DNA of 59,252 nucleotides, the filler included. It is 3 parts of 3 records of this genome, joined end to end, with 100 filler letters (N's around TTAATTAATTAA, not from the genome) between each part and the next. Parts side by side here need not be neighbours in the genome. Positions count along the whole stretch, not along the records: positions 1 to 21,844 come from SRR31156797_28660; 2 more parts are not named here. The stretch is one strand, 5' to 3'. Of the stretch, positions 9,775 through 20,653 are shown one piece after another. How positions within the stretch are numbered: position 1 is the stretch's first letter; the number at the start of each line of letters is the position of its first letter. The position numbers and the translations under genes are program-made. Below the pieces are notes generated by a model, which saw nothing but the letters and a program-made list of their open reading frames with translations, made no database searches and was not told where the DNA came from.

Positions 9775-10197
9775 ACTATCTCCCGACTTCTCCCCAAACT
9801 TGTCAGGGAAAACAATTAGTTCTCAAGCAATTAAAATTGTAAAAAAAGTAACATAAAACATGCTGTAAGCAGAGTTTCTCTGTTATCAGCCTCACAAATG
9901 CCAAACATAGTCCTAGTACGGCAATGATGGCAAGCAGCTATACAGCAATAGAAAATATATTTACTCCGAATAATTATCCGCAAAGAAAGCTATCGGTCAA
10001 AGTATTCCGCCTATAAGCGTCCTGTTTTTATGATATTTTTTATCAATATTCTTTTTCTATATTCACTAGGTTCTTAACAAGCTGAGATATTGCGTTTTTA
10101 TCATCTTTAATGGTAAACGTATTAGAAGGTCGGAATTAAAAAAAATTGTGTAGCATTAATGATTTGAGCAATGCTGTCATTTTGAGGTGGGTCAGCG

Positions 10198-11190
10198 ATG
10201 AATGCAATGAATGACTCCAAGTTAATTGAAGAAAGCTTCTGTTCTATTACCGAAGCCATTTTCAAGATACTTCCCAAGAATAAACTTCCTTTCAGTTTGT
10301 ACAGGATGAACTCTTCCAATGGAAGATTCACGCCTATTACTATTCCCGGAAAACCCATTGTCGCCGCCGACAAGCAAACCATTTCAGAGGACTGCGAACG
10401 CGGACTTATATTTATTAAATTCAACGACATAGGGACATGCAAGCCATTTTTCATACACCACCTCCCCACGGTCATTTGTGACATTTCCCATTCCATACCG
10501 GAGCATGAGCTGGCTACCCTGCTTCTGGAAGGATTGAAAGAAAGTGCTGAAAAGATTTACACTGATTCCATAAAACTGCACTTCGAAGGATTCCACAACA
10601 CGTTGACTTGCGTCAGCGAATTGCTCCACGAAAAGCCTGACTTACTCTGGCTCATGATCCCAATGCTTGAACCGCAACATTCGCTGGTCAACAAGGCCCT
10701 TTCCAACGGTGTAATCGGAGCAGCAGTCCTGCTCCATGCCCGGGAAGTTAAGCCCGATGTTAAAATTTTCGGCGAAGCTCTTTTCGCACTTTTCTTGTGC
10801 GACATAGGCATGTCCAGCTTGCCTGAGTTCGTACTCGGCAAGGAATTCTGCCTTTCACTGGACGAACAAAAACGTATCCGACAACACCCGATCAGCTCGG
10901 TGGAAGTACTGAGTATAACCAGCAGCTTAAGCAAGACTTCGCTGCGGGCAATCCTTGAGCATCACGAAAGAATGGATGGCTCGGGTTATCCCAGAGGAGT
11001 GACCAATGAAAGTCTGTCATGGCTGGGCAAACTCTGCGGAGCGGTGGATTCATACGTGGCAATGACCATGGGCCGTCCGGGCAAGAAAAGCATGCCCACT
11101 GTAACTGCGTTGAAAATCCTCTACAGTGAATCAACACAATACGACCCGAACATCATCTATGCCTTGGAAAAAGTGACCTACCGCGATTAA
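10198..11190 (+). CDS. HD-GYP domain protein (degenerate HD motif)
   Basis: HHERMDGSGYPRG motif present. The expected HDIG reads CDIG. Confidence 0.82.
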   Translation: MNAMNDSKLIEESFCSITEAIFKILPKNKLPFSLYRMNSSNGRFTPITIPGKPIVAADKQTISEDCERGLIFIKFNDIGTCKPFFIHHLPTVICDISHSIPEHELATLLLEGLKESAEKIYTDSIKLHFEGFHNTLTCVSELLHEKPDLLWLMIPMLEPQHSLVNKALSNGVIGAAVLLHAREVKPDVKIFGEALFALFLCDIGMSSLPEFVLGKEFCLSLDEQKRIRQHPISSVEVLSITSSLSKTSLRAILEHHERMDGSGYPRGVTNESLSWLGKLCGAVDSYVAMTMGRPGKKSMPTVTALKILYSESTQYDPNIIYALEKVTYRD

Positions 11191-11193
11191 AAA

Positions 11194-12444
11194 ATGAACC
11201 AAAAATCAACTAGTCGGAAAACATTCAGGCCTTGGATTGTATGGGGTATTGCCACCCTGTATTTTTTTTACGACTACATGCAACAGGTCGCCCCCGGAGC
11301 TATGGTCAAGGATCTTTCCGCCCACTTCAATGTAGGCACAGCTTCCATGGGCTTCATTGCCTCAGTATACTTTTATTCCTATGCCCTGATGCAGATCCCC
11401 ATCGGAATGATGGCCGACCGTTTCGGTCCCCACCGTCCACTTGCTGCAGCCGCCCTGCTATCATGCTCTGCCGGAGCCTTATTCACCTTTACTTCCACCC
11501 CGGCAGAAGCCGTTGGAGTCAGAATTATCCTCGGGGCCGCAACGGGATTTTCTTTTGTTTCCTGCCTCAAACTGGTGGATAACTGGTTTCCGCCTAAAAA
11601 ATTCGCAACCATGGTCGGACTGACCAATATCATCGGTATGTCCGGTGCAGTGATGGGTGAAGCCCCCTTGACCGAATCCGTCAACCGCTTTGGCTGGGAG
11701 CATACCCTACTCGGGATTGCCGCATTCGGCGGGCTGATATTCCTGCTGATACTCTTCAGAATCAAAGACCGTCCTGATGACACAAAAAAACAGACTGCCT
11801 TTCAGGAAAATCCACCGGCTACACTTCCGGTCCTGATTACAATATTCAAGACCCCGTCCGCATGGCTGAATGCCGGATATGCCGCCACCATCAATATGGT
11901 TTATACCGGATTCGGAGCTCTTTGGGGAACGGTTTTCATTTCCAAGCTCTACAATATTTCAACTACTGATGCAGCGTTCATGGTCTCAATGATTTTCGTC
12001 GGAGCAATTCCGGGCAGTTTCTTTTTCGGCTGGTTTTCAGACCACATAGGTAAAAGAGGAATCCCCATGATGATCGCCTCGGCAGGAGGGCTCATATGCA
12101 TGACGACAGTGGTATATGTGCCGAATATTCCTTACGCTGCAATGTTCGCACTTATGCTCCTGCTGGGATTCTGCTGTTCCGGAAACGTTGTGGCTTATGC
12201 TTTTGGTAATGACATCAGTCCCAAAGGTGCAGATGGTATATCTCTCGGATTTGTAAACACCTTCCTCATTGGGGGAAGCGCCATAGCTCAGCCGCTTATC
12301 GGTTCCCTGTTGGAGCACAGTTCCAACGGGATCAAAAATTTAAGTATCATCGAGTTCCGTTTCAGCCTGACTGTACTTGTTGCGGCTAAAGCAATTGCCC
12401 TTGTATCCGCATTGATCATCCATAGGCTGAAACCGCAAGAATAA
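11194..12444 (+). CDS. MFS transporter
   Basis: 416 aa with about 12 TM segments and MFS motif A in both halves (GMMADRFGPH, GWFSDHIGKR). Confidence 0.9.
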   Translation: MNQKSTSRKTFRPWIVWGIATLYFFYDYMQQVAPGAMVKDLSAHFNVGTASMGFIASVYFYSYALMQIPIGMMADRFGPHRPLAAAALLSCSAGALFTFTSTPAEAVGVRIILGAATGFSFVSCLKLVDNWFPPKKFATMVGLTNIIGMSGAVMGEAPLTESVNRFGWEHTLLGIAAFGGLIFLLILFRIKDRPDDTKKQTAFQENPPATLPVLITIFKTPSAWLNAGYAATINMVYTGFGALWGTVFISKLYNISTTDAAFMVSMIFVGAIPGSFFFGWFSDHIGKRGIPMMIASAGGLICMTTVVYVPNIPYAAMFALMLLLGFCCSGNVVAYAFGNDISPKGADGISLGFVNTFLIGGSAIAQPLIGSLLEHSSNGIKNLSIIEFRFSLTVLVAAKAIALVSALIIHRLKPQE

Positions 12445-12471
12445 TCCCGCCCAGCTTCTGCCGGACGGGAT
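12444..12471. terminator. hairpin between the convergent MFS and RND genes
   Basis: ATCCCGCCC-N10-GGACGGGAT inverted repeat between two convergent stop codons. Poly-T is weak. Confidence 0.35.
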
Positions 12472-12478
12472 GTTAAAA

Positions 12479-15400
12479 TCAGTAATCTTCCGGTTTATGT
12501 TCACACTTGGTAACCGGGACATGTTCGGTTATCCCGTCAGCATACAAATTCTCATCAGAAAGACGGAATAACCTGCGCAGCAGCAAGCGGATATCCTCAA
12601 AGATCAAATAAAATGCCGGAACCAGCAACAGGGTAATGCCGGTAGCAAAGAGAATACCGAATCCAAGAGATACTGCCATGGGAATCAGGAACTTGGCCTG
12701 CCGTGAAGTTTCAAGGATCATGGGCGCCAGTCCGCCAAAGGTGGTCAGGGTGGTCAGCAGGATGGGCCTGAAACGGGCCGTTCCTGCCTCCAGCACCGCA
12801 TCATAGGCACAATGCCCCTTACGCCGCTGAATATTCACGTAATCAATGAAGACCAGCGAATCGTTAACAACTACCCCGGAAAGAGCCACGATACCGAACA
12901 AACTCATCAGGCTCAGGCTGTAGCCCAGCAAGGCATGCCCGATAACCGCTCCGACAATGCCGAAGGGAATACAAAGCATGACAATTAACGGCTGGAAGTA
13001 ACTGCGGAACGGAATTGCCAGCAAAGCATAAATCACCATCATAGCCATGAGCAGCCCCGAGATAAGAGCGCTTGTGCTTTCCTGCATGTCAGCCTGTTTA
13101 CCCTCAAGAGAATACCCCAGTCCGGGATAATCAGCCTTGAGCTGCGGCAACACATTGGCAACAACATCAGCCAGAATCTGCGAAGTTTCCTTACGCGGAT
13201 TTACGTCAGCCTCCACAGATATGACCCGGCGTCCGTTACGCCGGTCAATGGAAGTGTAGGCCCTGCCGTCCTTGATATTTACAACCTCACGCAAAGGCAC
13301 GTCTGTTCCGTCAGGAGTGCGGATCATCAATTCTTCAAAATCATACTTGGAACCGCGTTCCTTTTCAGGTAGGCGAACCATGACTTTTATTTCATTTCGG
13401 CCACGCTGCTGACGCAGGACCTCGGCCCCGTAATAAGAAGCACGGATCTGGTTGGCAACATTGCGGGAGGTCAGCCCCAGACTGCGTCCTGCGGGCAGGA
13501 GCTCAAAGTCCAACTGTCTTTTGCCCGGAGAAAAACCGGAATCAATATCCTTAACCTTGGGATACACGCTCAAAGCCTGTGCAAGATCGGCAGATGCCCT
13601 CTTAAGCACTTCAATATCACTATGGCTAAGCTCGATTTCAAGAGAACTGCCTGAACCGGGACCACCGCGGTCAGACTCAAAAAGAACCGACTCAGCTCCG
13701 GGAATAGGACCTAAATTTTGACGCCACTGGCGCACAAATTCATCAGTATGAATGGGTCTTGTGTCGGCATCGGTTAGGAATACCTGTACCTTAAGTACAT
13801 GGCTACCGCTGGTTTTGCGCCTGCCGGAACCGCCGATCTTGGCATAAACACCTTCGACAAGTTGATCCCCGCCATTCTCTCCAGCAACCTTTTCCGCTGC
13901 CAGAACAGCCTTATCCAACACCTTCTGAGTCACTTCCTTCGCTGTCCCGTAAGGCAGGTCAACGGTAAGATATGCATAGTCGGATTCAATCTTCGGAAAC
14001 ATGGTGAACCCAAGCCTGCCGCTCTTGATATAAGCAAAAGAAAGAATCAAACAAGCTGCACCAAGAGCTACGGTAAGGTAGCGCAAGGTAACCGCCCGAT
14101 CCAAAAAAGGCCTGTAAACCTTATGCACAAAACGGAGCAAACTATGGGAAATCTTCTGCTGGTAATGAAGTACGAATCCCATAATCTTTCCCGGCTTACG
14201 CTCACTTCCGTGACCAAGATGGGCGGGAAGTACAAAAAGGGACTCCACCAATGAAATGAAAAAGACACTGCAAACAACCATCGGTATGACCTTGAATATC
14301 TTACCCATAACTCCGGGTACGAAAAACATGGGCATGAAGGCCACAATGTTGGTCAAAACACTGAAAGTGACCGGCATAGCAATCCGCTTTGCCCCTTCAC
14401 AGGCCGCGTCAATCCAGCTCATGCCCTGCTGACGCATAGTATAGACGTTTTCACCGACCACGATGGCATCGTCCACAACAATACCAAGTGAAATAATGAA
14501 AGCGAACATTGAGATCATGTTGATACTCGCCCCAGCCGGAGCAAGAATGAGCATGCCGCCCAGAAAAGAAATAGGAATCCCCATGGAAACCCAGAAAGCA
14601 AGACGCGGTTCAAGAAACAAGGCCAGAAAAATAAAGACCAGTCCAAGCCCCATATAGGCATTGCGTAAAAGCAGGTCCATACGCTGGCGGTAAATATCAG
14701 AACTGTCGTTACGTACTGCCACATGCACACCGGCTGGCAGACTCTTATTAAACGCTTCAAGTTGTGCGTGTACGGCATCTGAAACCCCGATGGGAGTCTG
14801 GTCGCCTATCCGGTAGACCTCGATACGCACTGCGGGCTTGCCGTCAAAGGTGGTGATGATATCATCGTTCTGAAAATCTTCTTTAACCTCGGCAATATCT
14901 TCCAAAAGCACCTGAGTGCCGTCATCACCGGTAACAATAGGAACCCGGGCGAATTCTCGGGCATAATCGCGGCGCTCCTTGAATCGGACCAGAATCTCAC
15001 CGCCCTCGGTTTTGATACCGCCCCCGGGAAGCTCTACAGATGTCTTGGCAAGGGCGTCCGCCACCTCGGTAAGGGTCAAGCCATAGGCGCGAAGCTTGTC
15101 CTGCGGGATTTCGATGGTAATCTGCAATCCGCTGACTTCAGCAAGCTCCACCTGAGTAATATTCGGATCACCGATCAACTCTTCACGAAGCTGCTCGGCA
15201 ACCTTACGCAGGGAAAGCCCATCCGTATCCCCGTAAACCATGAGCGAAAGTACCCCGCGTTGATGCGAAGCAACACTGATAACCGGATCCTCGGCTTCTT
15301 CGGGAAAGGAGGTGATCCGGTCCACTTCACTCTTGATATCCTGACTGAGCTTTTGCAGGTCATAACCTTCAATGGCTTCAGCCACTATAGAAGCGCTGCC

Positions 15401-15679
15401 TTCCGCCGCGGTACAGGCTACTTCCTTAACCCCGTCAACACCGATAATAGCTTCTTCAACGGCCAGAACGATACCCTGCTCCACTTCTTCGGGACTGGCT
15501 CCGCTATAGGTAACCTGAACGGTAACCGTATCAGTGGTGAATTCAGGAAAAATTTCCTGCTTGATGTTGGAACCCATAACCAAACCGCCAACCAGCAAAA
15601 CAATCATCAACAGGTTGGAAGCAACCGGGTTACCGGCCATCCATGCAAGTGGGCCTGATTTTTTATTCTGCTCAGCCAT
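12479..15679 (-). CDS. RND efflux permease (AcrB/AcrD/AcrF family)
   Basis: 1066 aa with the RND motifs GIVVDDAIVVGEN and RFRPILLTTLTT. Confidence 0.93.
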   Translation of the reverse strand: MAEQNKKSGPLAWMAGNPVASNLLMIVLLVGGLVMGSNIKQEIFPEFTTDTVTVQVTYSGASPEEVEQGIVLAVEEAIIGVDGVKEVACTAAEGSASIVAEAIEGYDLQKLSQDIKSEVDRITSFPEEAEDPVISVASHQRGVLSLMVYGDTDGLSLRKVAEQLREELIGDPNITQVELAEVSGLQITIEIPQDKLRAYGLTLTEVADALAKTSVELPGGGIKTEGGEILVRFKERRDYAREFARVPIVTGDDGTQVLLEDIAEVKEDFQNDDIITTFDGKPAVRIEVYRIGDQTPIGVSDAVHAQLEAFNKSLPAGVHVAVRNDSSDIYRQRMDLLLRNAYMGLGLVFIFLALFLEPRLAFWVSMGIPISFLGGMLILAPAGASINMISMFAFIISLGIVVDDAIVVGENVYTMRQQGMSWIDAACEGAKRIAMPVTFSVLTNIVAFMPMFFVPGVMGKIFKVIPMVVCSVFFISLVESLFVLPAHLGHGSERKPGKIMGFVLHYQQKISHSLLRFVHKVYRPFLDRAVTLRYLTVALGAACLILSFAYIKSGRLGFTMFPKIESDYAYLTVDLPYGTAKEVTQKVLDKAVLAAEKVAGENGGDQLVEGVYAKIGGSGRRKTSGSHVLKVQVFLTDADTRPIHTDEFVRQWRQNLGPIPGAESVLFESDRGGPGSGSSLEIELSHSDIEVLKRASADLAQALSVYPKVKDIDSGFSPGKRQLDFELLPAGRSLGLTSRNVANQIRASYYGAEVLRQQRGRNEIKVMVRLPEKERGSKYDFEELMIRTPDGTDVPLREVVNIKDGRAYTSIDRRNGRRVISVEADVNPRKETSQILADVVANVLPQLKADYPGLGYSLEGKQADMQESTSALISGLLMAMMVIYALLAIPFRSYFQPLIVMLCIPFGIVGAVIGHALLGYSLSLMSLFGIVALSGVVVNDSLVFIDYVNIQRRKGHCAYDAVLEAGTARFRPILLTTLTTFGGLAPMILETSRQAKFLIPMAVSLGFGILFATGITLLLVPAFYLIFEDIRLLLRRLFRLSDENLYADGITEHVPVTKCEHKPEDY

Positions 15680-16895
15680 TGCTGTTCACCTTCTTTTTCA
15701 TGGAACCGGAACCGTTTTCACGCAGCTTCATATTCTGCAGCGGTGCAGAGATATCGGTGACAACCAGCTTTTCGCCCGCAGCCACGCCAGTCTCAAGGTA
15801 GATATAATCCTGATCACGCCAGACTGGGTCAACTGTCCTGATATCCAACAGTCCACCTTCTTTCATCACCCAGATTGTATTGTTGTCACGAAAAGCGGTC
15901 CTCGGAATGGCAATAACTTTTTCCAGCATGCCGGAATCAATGTAGACATTCACATAACTCCCCAGCAACAGGGGCCGGACTTCCCCGCCCTTAAGATTTA
16001 ACGGATCTTTCACCGAAACAATGATCCGGGCCATGCGTCCCTTGGACTCCAGTGAAGGCAGAAGACGAAGCACTTGCCCCTCCCGTTCCACTGCAGTCTT
16101 GCCGCTACCCATGCGAACCCGGGCTTTAGAACCCTTGAAGCCATTTTCCGCAGAAGGGATTTCAATACTTCCCAGACGGTCCACTGGTACGGAGACGATA
16201 ACCCAAAATTCATCAGTCCCTACCAGCGAAGCAATGGTTTCATTAAGACTGAGATGTGCTCCAAGATCGGCACTCTTGCTAACAATCATACAGGCGAAAG
16301 GAGCTTTTACACGGGTGCGTGAAAGATCAATACGGGCCTGCTTGAGTTTAGCCTTGGCAGAAGATAGGTCGGCCTGAGCCTTTTGCAGATGAGGCTTACG
16401 CAAAGCCAACTCAGCTTCCTGCATGGTCCCGCCTGAAGACTTTTTAAGCAGTTTCCATTCACGTCCGGCCACGCGCTGCTGCCCGCTTTCAAGCTTAAGG
16501 TTGTACTCAGCCTCAGTGACCACTGCCTCCTGCTGCTTGACTGCCAACTCATAATCAAGAGGATCTATGCGCAGGACTTCCGCGCCTTTTTCAAAATATC
16601 CTCCGGGGATAAAATCATCACTGACTGATATAACCTTACCGGAAACCTGCGGCTCAAGATTGATTTCACGGGCGGCTTCAACAGTCCCCATAACCGGAGT
16701 CGAAACTTGAAAATCCTTGACATCCAGCACACTGACGTTGACCAGAGGAGCAGAAACCACCGGAGCTTTCTTTTTAGCCACAGGCTTGGTGGCGAGAAGA
16801 GCCTTAGCCCCAATCACGGCACCGACAACTATGAGTAAAGGAAGAATGCCCTTAAGCCCTACCTGCTTGATGTAATAAAATATTTTCTTAGCCAT
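15672..16895 (-). CDS. RND periplasmic adaptor (membrane fusion protein)
   Basis: N-terminal anchor, lipoyl half-motifs (PQVSGKV, VKAPF) and a coiled-coil hairpin. Overlaps the permease start. Confidence 0.9.
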   Translation of the reverse strand: MAKKIFYYIKQVGLKGILPLLIVVGAVIGAKALLATKPVAKKKAPVVSAPLVNVSVLDVKDFQVSTPVMGTVEAAREINLEPQVSGKVISVSDDFIPGGYFEKGAEVLRIDPLDYELAVKQQEAVVTEAEYNLKLESGQQRVAGREWKLLKKSSGGTMQEAELALRKPHLQKAQADLSSAKAKLKQARIDLSRTRVKAPFACMIVSKSADLGAHLSLNETIASLVGTDEFWVIVSVPVDRLGSIEIPSAENGFKGSKARVRMGSGKTAVEREGQVLRLLPSLESKGRMARIIVSVKDPLNLKGGEVRPLLLGSYVNVYIDSGMLEKVIAIPRTAFRDNNTIWVMKEGGLLDIRTVDPVWRDQDYIYLETGVAAGEKLVVTDISAPLQNMKLRENGSGSMKKKVNSNG

Positions 16896-16897
16896 AT

Positions 16898-18409
16898 CTA
16901 AATTCCCTCCTGATCAGGAACGGATTGTTTTTCCAGTTTCTCAGCGGCAACAACTGCGGCTTCATCATCTGCTTCCGGTTTAAGTTCTGCCCCGTCTTCA
17001 AGGGTATTTGTCCATGTCCCGCCAAGGGCGCGGTACAGTGAGACCCGGTAGCTGAGCAGATCAGCCTCATCCTTAGCAATGTTGATTTCAAGATCATGAA
17101 CGCTGACCAAGGCACTGAGCACCGGCAGGTAATCTTCCAGCCCCTGCAAATAACGGGAACCGGCTTCTTCAAGGTTGAGCTTTGCTGCTTCGAGCTGATT
17201 CTTGCGGGCTGAGATATATTCGTGCTGCCACTTTTCCTGCACCAGCGAATCCTGCACTTCCTTGAATGCGGTATAAACTGTGTCCTTATATTTGAGCATG
17301 CGCTCATCGACCACGGCCCGAGTGCGATCGACTTCAGCCTTGCGCTGGTAGCCGTCAAAAATAGGCCCGGTTATGGATGAGGTCAGGGTCGTCAACCAGC
17401 CGGAAAAAATATTCGCAAGTTGTGCACTGGAGAACATTGCCTCCGCCGAAAGAGTCATGGAAGGCAAACGGTCAGCCCTTGCTGCACTTACAGCCCAGTC
17501 TGCAGATTGCAGATTTAAACCTGCGGCCCGCACATCCGGGCGCATGGACAGCAGGTCCAAAGGAATTCCCAGTCCCGGAAGGTCTGGGAGATCAGGAAAA
17601 TCAGCTGTGGCAACATCAATAGATCCGGCAGGACGTCCCAACAGATAGGCAAGTTCATGCAGCTTAAGCTGTTCCTGTGATTCCACCGGGGGAATCAAGG
17701 CCTTGGTCCGGGCCACGGTTTCACGCTGCTGAAATACATCAAGGGCGGTAGATAGGGAGTTGCGAAAACGGAGTTCGATCAGTTCAAGGTAGGTTTCGTT
17801 GGTTTCCAGCTGTTTCTGATAGATTGCTTTTTTCTTGCGCTGTAACTGGATTTCCAGCCAGCGTTTGACAACCTCGGAAGCTACGGTCATTGCCGCGGAA
17901 TTCACATCTTCACGGGAGGAAATATAATCAAGCTCGCCGGAAGCGGCATCGGCTTCAATTTTACCCCAAAGATCTATTTCATATGATGCAGCCAGTCCTA
18001 ATTTATGAGAATCGGTGGATGTGGAGCCTTTGGAACCTTCTGTACCGTCATTACCGGAACGGGAATTGGAATAAGTTCCTTTACCATCCAGCTTGGGATA
18101 AAGATCGGCTCGGGATTTCACAGCCGTGGCCCGCAACTGGCGAAGCTTAGCCCATGCCACCCGTACATCGAAGTTCGCTTTGATCCCTTCTTCCACTAGA
18201 CGGTTAAGCTCTTCATTATGAAGGCTTTCCCACCATTTACCCAGCTCACGCGGGTCACTGGAATAGAGTTCATATTGCGGAGGCACACCCAAAGTAAGGT
18301 TAGGACGCGGGTCCGGTCTGAACGGAGAACACGCCGAAAGGCCGAATAAGGCCAGCATGCAGATCGCAGTTAATTTCAACTTGAATGAAGACATATTTTC
18401 ACTTCCCAT
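16898..18409 (-). CDS. outer-membrane efflux lipoprotein (TolC/NodT/OprM family)
   Basis: Lipobox LSAC and OEP motifs SYEIDLWG, RPDVRAA and LYRALGG. Confidence 0.9.
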   Translation of the reverse strand: MGSENMSSFKLKLTAICMLALFGLSACSPFRPDPRPNLTLGVPPQYELYSSDPRELGKWWESLHNEELNRLVEEGIKANFDVRVAWAKLRQLRATAVKSRADLYPKLDGKGTYSNSRSGNDGTEGSKGSTSTDSHKLGLAASYEIDLWGKIEADAASGELDYISSREDVNSAAMTVASEVVKRWLEIQLQRKKKAIYQKQLETNETYLELIELRFRNSLSTALDVFQQRETVARTKALIPPVESQEQLKLHELAYLLGRPAGSIDVATADFPDLPDLPGLGIPLDLLSMRPDVRAAGLNLQSADWAVSAARADRLPSMTLSAEAMFSSAQLANIFSGWLTTLTSSITGPIFDGYQRKAEVDRTRAVVDERMLKYKDTVYTAFKEVQDSLVQEKWQHEYISARKNQLEAAKLNLEEAGSRYLQGLEDYLPVLSALVSVHDLEINIAKDEADLLSYRVSLYRALGGTWTNTLEDGAELKPEADDEAAVVAAEKLEKQSVPDQEGI

Positions 18410-18475
18410 TGCTATTCATTTTCCATTTTAATACATCCAATGGAGCAAAAGAATATTAGTTTGATGCTAAAAGTT

Positions 18476-18490
18476 GTAAACAAATGTAAA
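18476..18490. promoter_or_regulatory. OmpR/CpxR-type tandem direct repeat
   Basis: GTAAA-CAAAT-GTAAA in the divergent promoter region between the RND operon and the response regulator. Confidence 0.5.
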
Positions 18491-18542
18491 AATACGCCCT
18501 TCCCCCCTTCCACCATCAAAGGGACATGGGTAACCTGAAAAT

Positions 18543-19244
18543 ATGGAACAACAATATCCCGTACTCATAGTTGACGATGATGCAAAGCTCAGGGAGCTGC
18601 TGACCCAGTACCTTGAAGGATACGGCTACGAGGTCAGCACCCTTCCGTCCGGTGAAGGAATCATTGATGAAGTAAAAAAATCATCACCTGCTATTGTCAT
18701 CCTCGATATCATGATGCCTGGTAAAGACGGCCTTGAAGTGCTGCGCGAACTGCGCCCCCATTCAAATGTCCCGGTGATTATGCTCACCGCCAAGGGAGAA
18801 GATACCGACCGTATTGTCGGCCTTGAACTGGGTGCTGACGACTATATTTCCAAACCATTCAATCCCCGTGAACTGCTGGCCCGCATCAAGGCGGTGCTGC
18901 GTCGGGCACAGGAACCGGATCGGACCGCGACACAAAATTCCGGTCAAATTAAAGTAGCCGGGGTTATCCTGCTTCTTGCACACCAGAAGCTGGAAATTGA
19001 CGGGGATTCCCTTGAACTTTCTTCCACTGAATTCAAACTGCTCAAGGCATTGATGGAAAATCCGGGCCAGCCCATGACCCGCGATGACCTGATGACCTCT
19101 GTCTGGGGCAAGGATTTCAACGCCTTTGACCGTAGTATTGACGTGCATATCAGCAAGCTGCGTGCTCTTTTTAAGCCCTACCCGGATCATGAATCGCGCA
19201 TCAAAACCGTCTGGGGAACCGGATACATGTTTGTGAGCGAATAA
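18543..19244 (+). CDS. OmpR-family response regulator
   Basis: REC domain (VDDD, LDIMMP, GADDYISKPF) and winged helix (RSIDVHISKLR, KTVWGTGY). Confidence 0.93.
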   Translation: MEQQYPVLIVDDDAKLRELLTQYLEGYGYEVSTLPSGEGIIDEVKKSSPAIVILDIMMPGKDGLEVLRELRPHSNVPVIMLTAKGEDTDRIVGLELGADDYISKPFNPRELLARIKAVLRRAQEPDRTATQNSGQIKVAGVILLLAHQKLEIDGDSLELSSTEFKLLKALMENPGQPMTRDDLMTSVWGKDFNAFDRSIDVHISKLRALFKPYPDHESRIKTVWGTGYMFVSE

Positions 19245-20626
19245 TGAGAATAAGCCGTACTTACCTTAAAATTTTCCTTTCATTCATGCTGGTACTGGTG
19301 GTTTCCGAGCTGGTCATCTTCGGCCTGCTGCATATGTCGTGGGAAAAAAGCCCGCGCATCCACCACATGGAACGGCAACTTTTCACCGTAAGAAACCTTG
19401 CGGAAATGGAACTGGGAGAAATTCATACTTCGCCGGAATATGAAAAAAAGGTCCTCACACCCCTGCTTGAAACTTTAAGCAGATCACTTAAGGCAGAGAT
19501 CTGGATAACCGGCCCCTATGGGGAAATTGTCGCTTCCTCTACCGCGATAATTCCGGACATGACCGAATTCACAACCGGTGACGCCGCCAAATCAACAGAC
19601 GGGGTATACGTATATAAAAGGCGTAATCAAGGAATTAAGAGCGTATACGGTATCTACACTGGAAAACTTCCCGTGGGCTACCCTTTCACCTACCACCTTT
19701 ACCACTCCATTCCCAAATTTGATGAGGAAAGCTGGTTCATACGTGCGCAGATAATTTTGACCATTATCGCCGCAATCTTCCTTATCCCGGTTGCAAGACG
19801 CGTGATTCGTCCTTTGAAAGAACTCACAGCTTCGGCAGCCAAAATGGGCCGCGGCGACCTGAAACAGCGCGTGGAAATCAAAGGTAAGGATGAAGTGGCC
19901 GAGCTGGGAAAAGCCTTTAACCACATGGCCGAAGGCCTTGATAAAATGGTTAAATCAAGCCGTGAACTGACCGCTAATGTCTCCCACGAACTGCGCAGCC
20001 CGCTGGCCCGGATGCGCATCTCACTGGAAATGCTGAAAGAACGCATTGAAACCGGAAACACTACCGGCTGCGATACTTTCATCAACGGCATGCAGGGGGA
20101 AATTACTCACATGGATGAACTCATCGGTAAGATTATTGAGTTTTCCAAGCTTGAAATGCATGAGACCCCAGCCATGACCGAGACGGTCAACTTAAAGGTG
20201 CTCATATCCGACCTTCTGGGCCAGTATCACTGCATTGCTGAGCGCAACACCCTGAATGTGCATGCGGAGCTTGCCGAGATTAAACTTTCCAACTGCAACC
20301 GTAACGGCATCAGTATTGTGATGGATAATATTCTCGGCAATGCCTTTAAGTACACTGACCCCCAAGGAAATGTTGAAGTGAACTTAAACGGAGATGAAAA
20401 TAGGGTACACATTTCAGTAACCAATACCCATGCTCCACTCCCGGAAGAAGACTTGGAAGAAATTTTCAATCCCTTCCACCGGTTGAAAGGACAGGAAATC
20501 CCCGGATCAGGTCTGGGACTTGCCGCCACCCGAAGAATATTACGTATTCATAATGGAGATATCTGGGCGGAAAACAGCGAAGACGGATTCAGAATTGTGG
20601 TCAGCATTCCTGTAAAAGAAAGTTAG
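19244..20626 (+). CDS. HAMP-domain sensor histidine kinase
   Basis: Two TM segments, HAMP domain, H-box SHELRSPL, N-box NAFKY and G2 box GSGLGL. Start overlaps the regulator's stop. Confidence 0.93.
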   Translation: MRISRTYLKIFLSFMLVLVVSELVIFGLLHMSWEKSPRIHHMERQLFTVRNLAEMELGEIHTSPEYEKKVLTPLLETLSRSLKAEIWITGPYGEIVASSTAIIPDMTEFTTGDAAKSTDGVYVYKRRNQGIKSVYGIYTGKLPVGYPFTYHLYHSIPKFDEESWFIRAQIILTIIAAIFLIPVARRVIRPLKELTASAAKMGRGDLKQRVEIKGKDEVAELGKAFNHMAEGLDKMVKSSRELTANVSHELRSPLARMRISLEMLKERIETGNTTGCDTFINGMQGEITHMDELIGKIIEFSKLEMHETPAMTETVNLKVLISDLLGQYHCIAERNTLNVHAELAEIKLSNCNRNGISIVMDNILGNAFKYTDPQGNVEVNLNGDENRVHISVTNTHAPLPEEDLEEIFNPFHRLKGQEIPGSGLGLAATRRILRIHNGDIWAENSEDGFRIVVSIPVKES

Positions 20627-20653
20627 GCAAACCAAAACGCGTGAGAAAGACCA

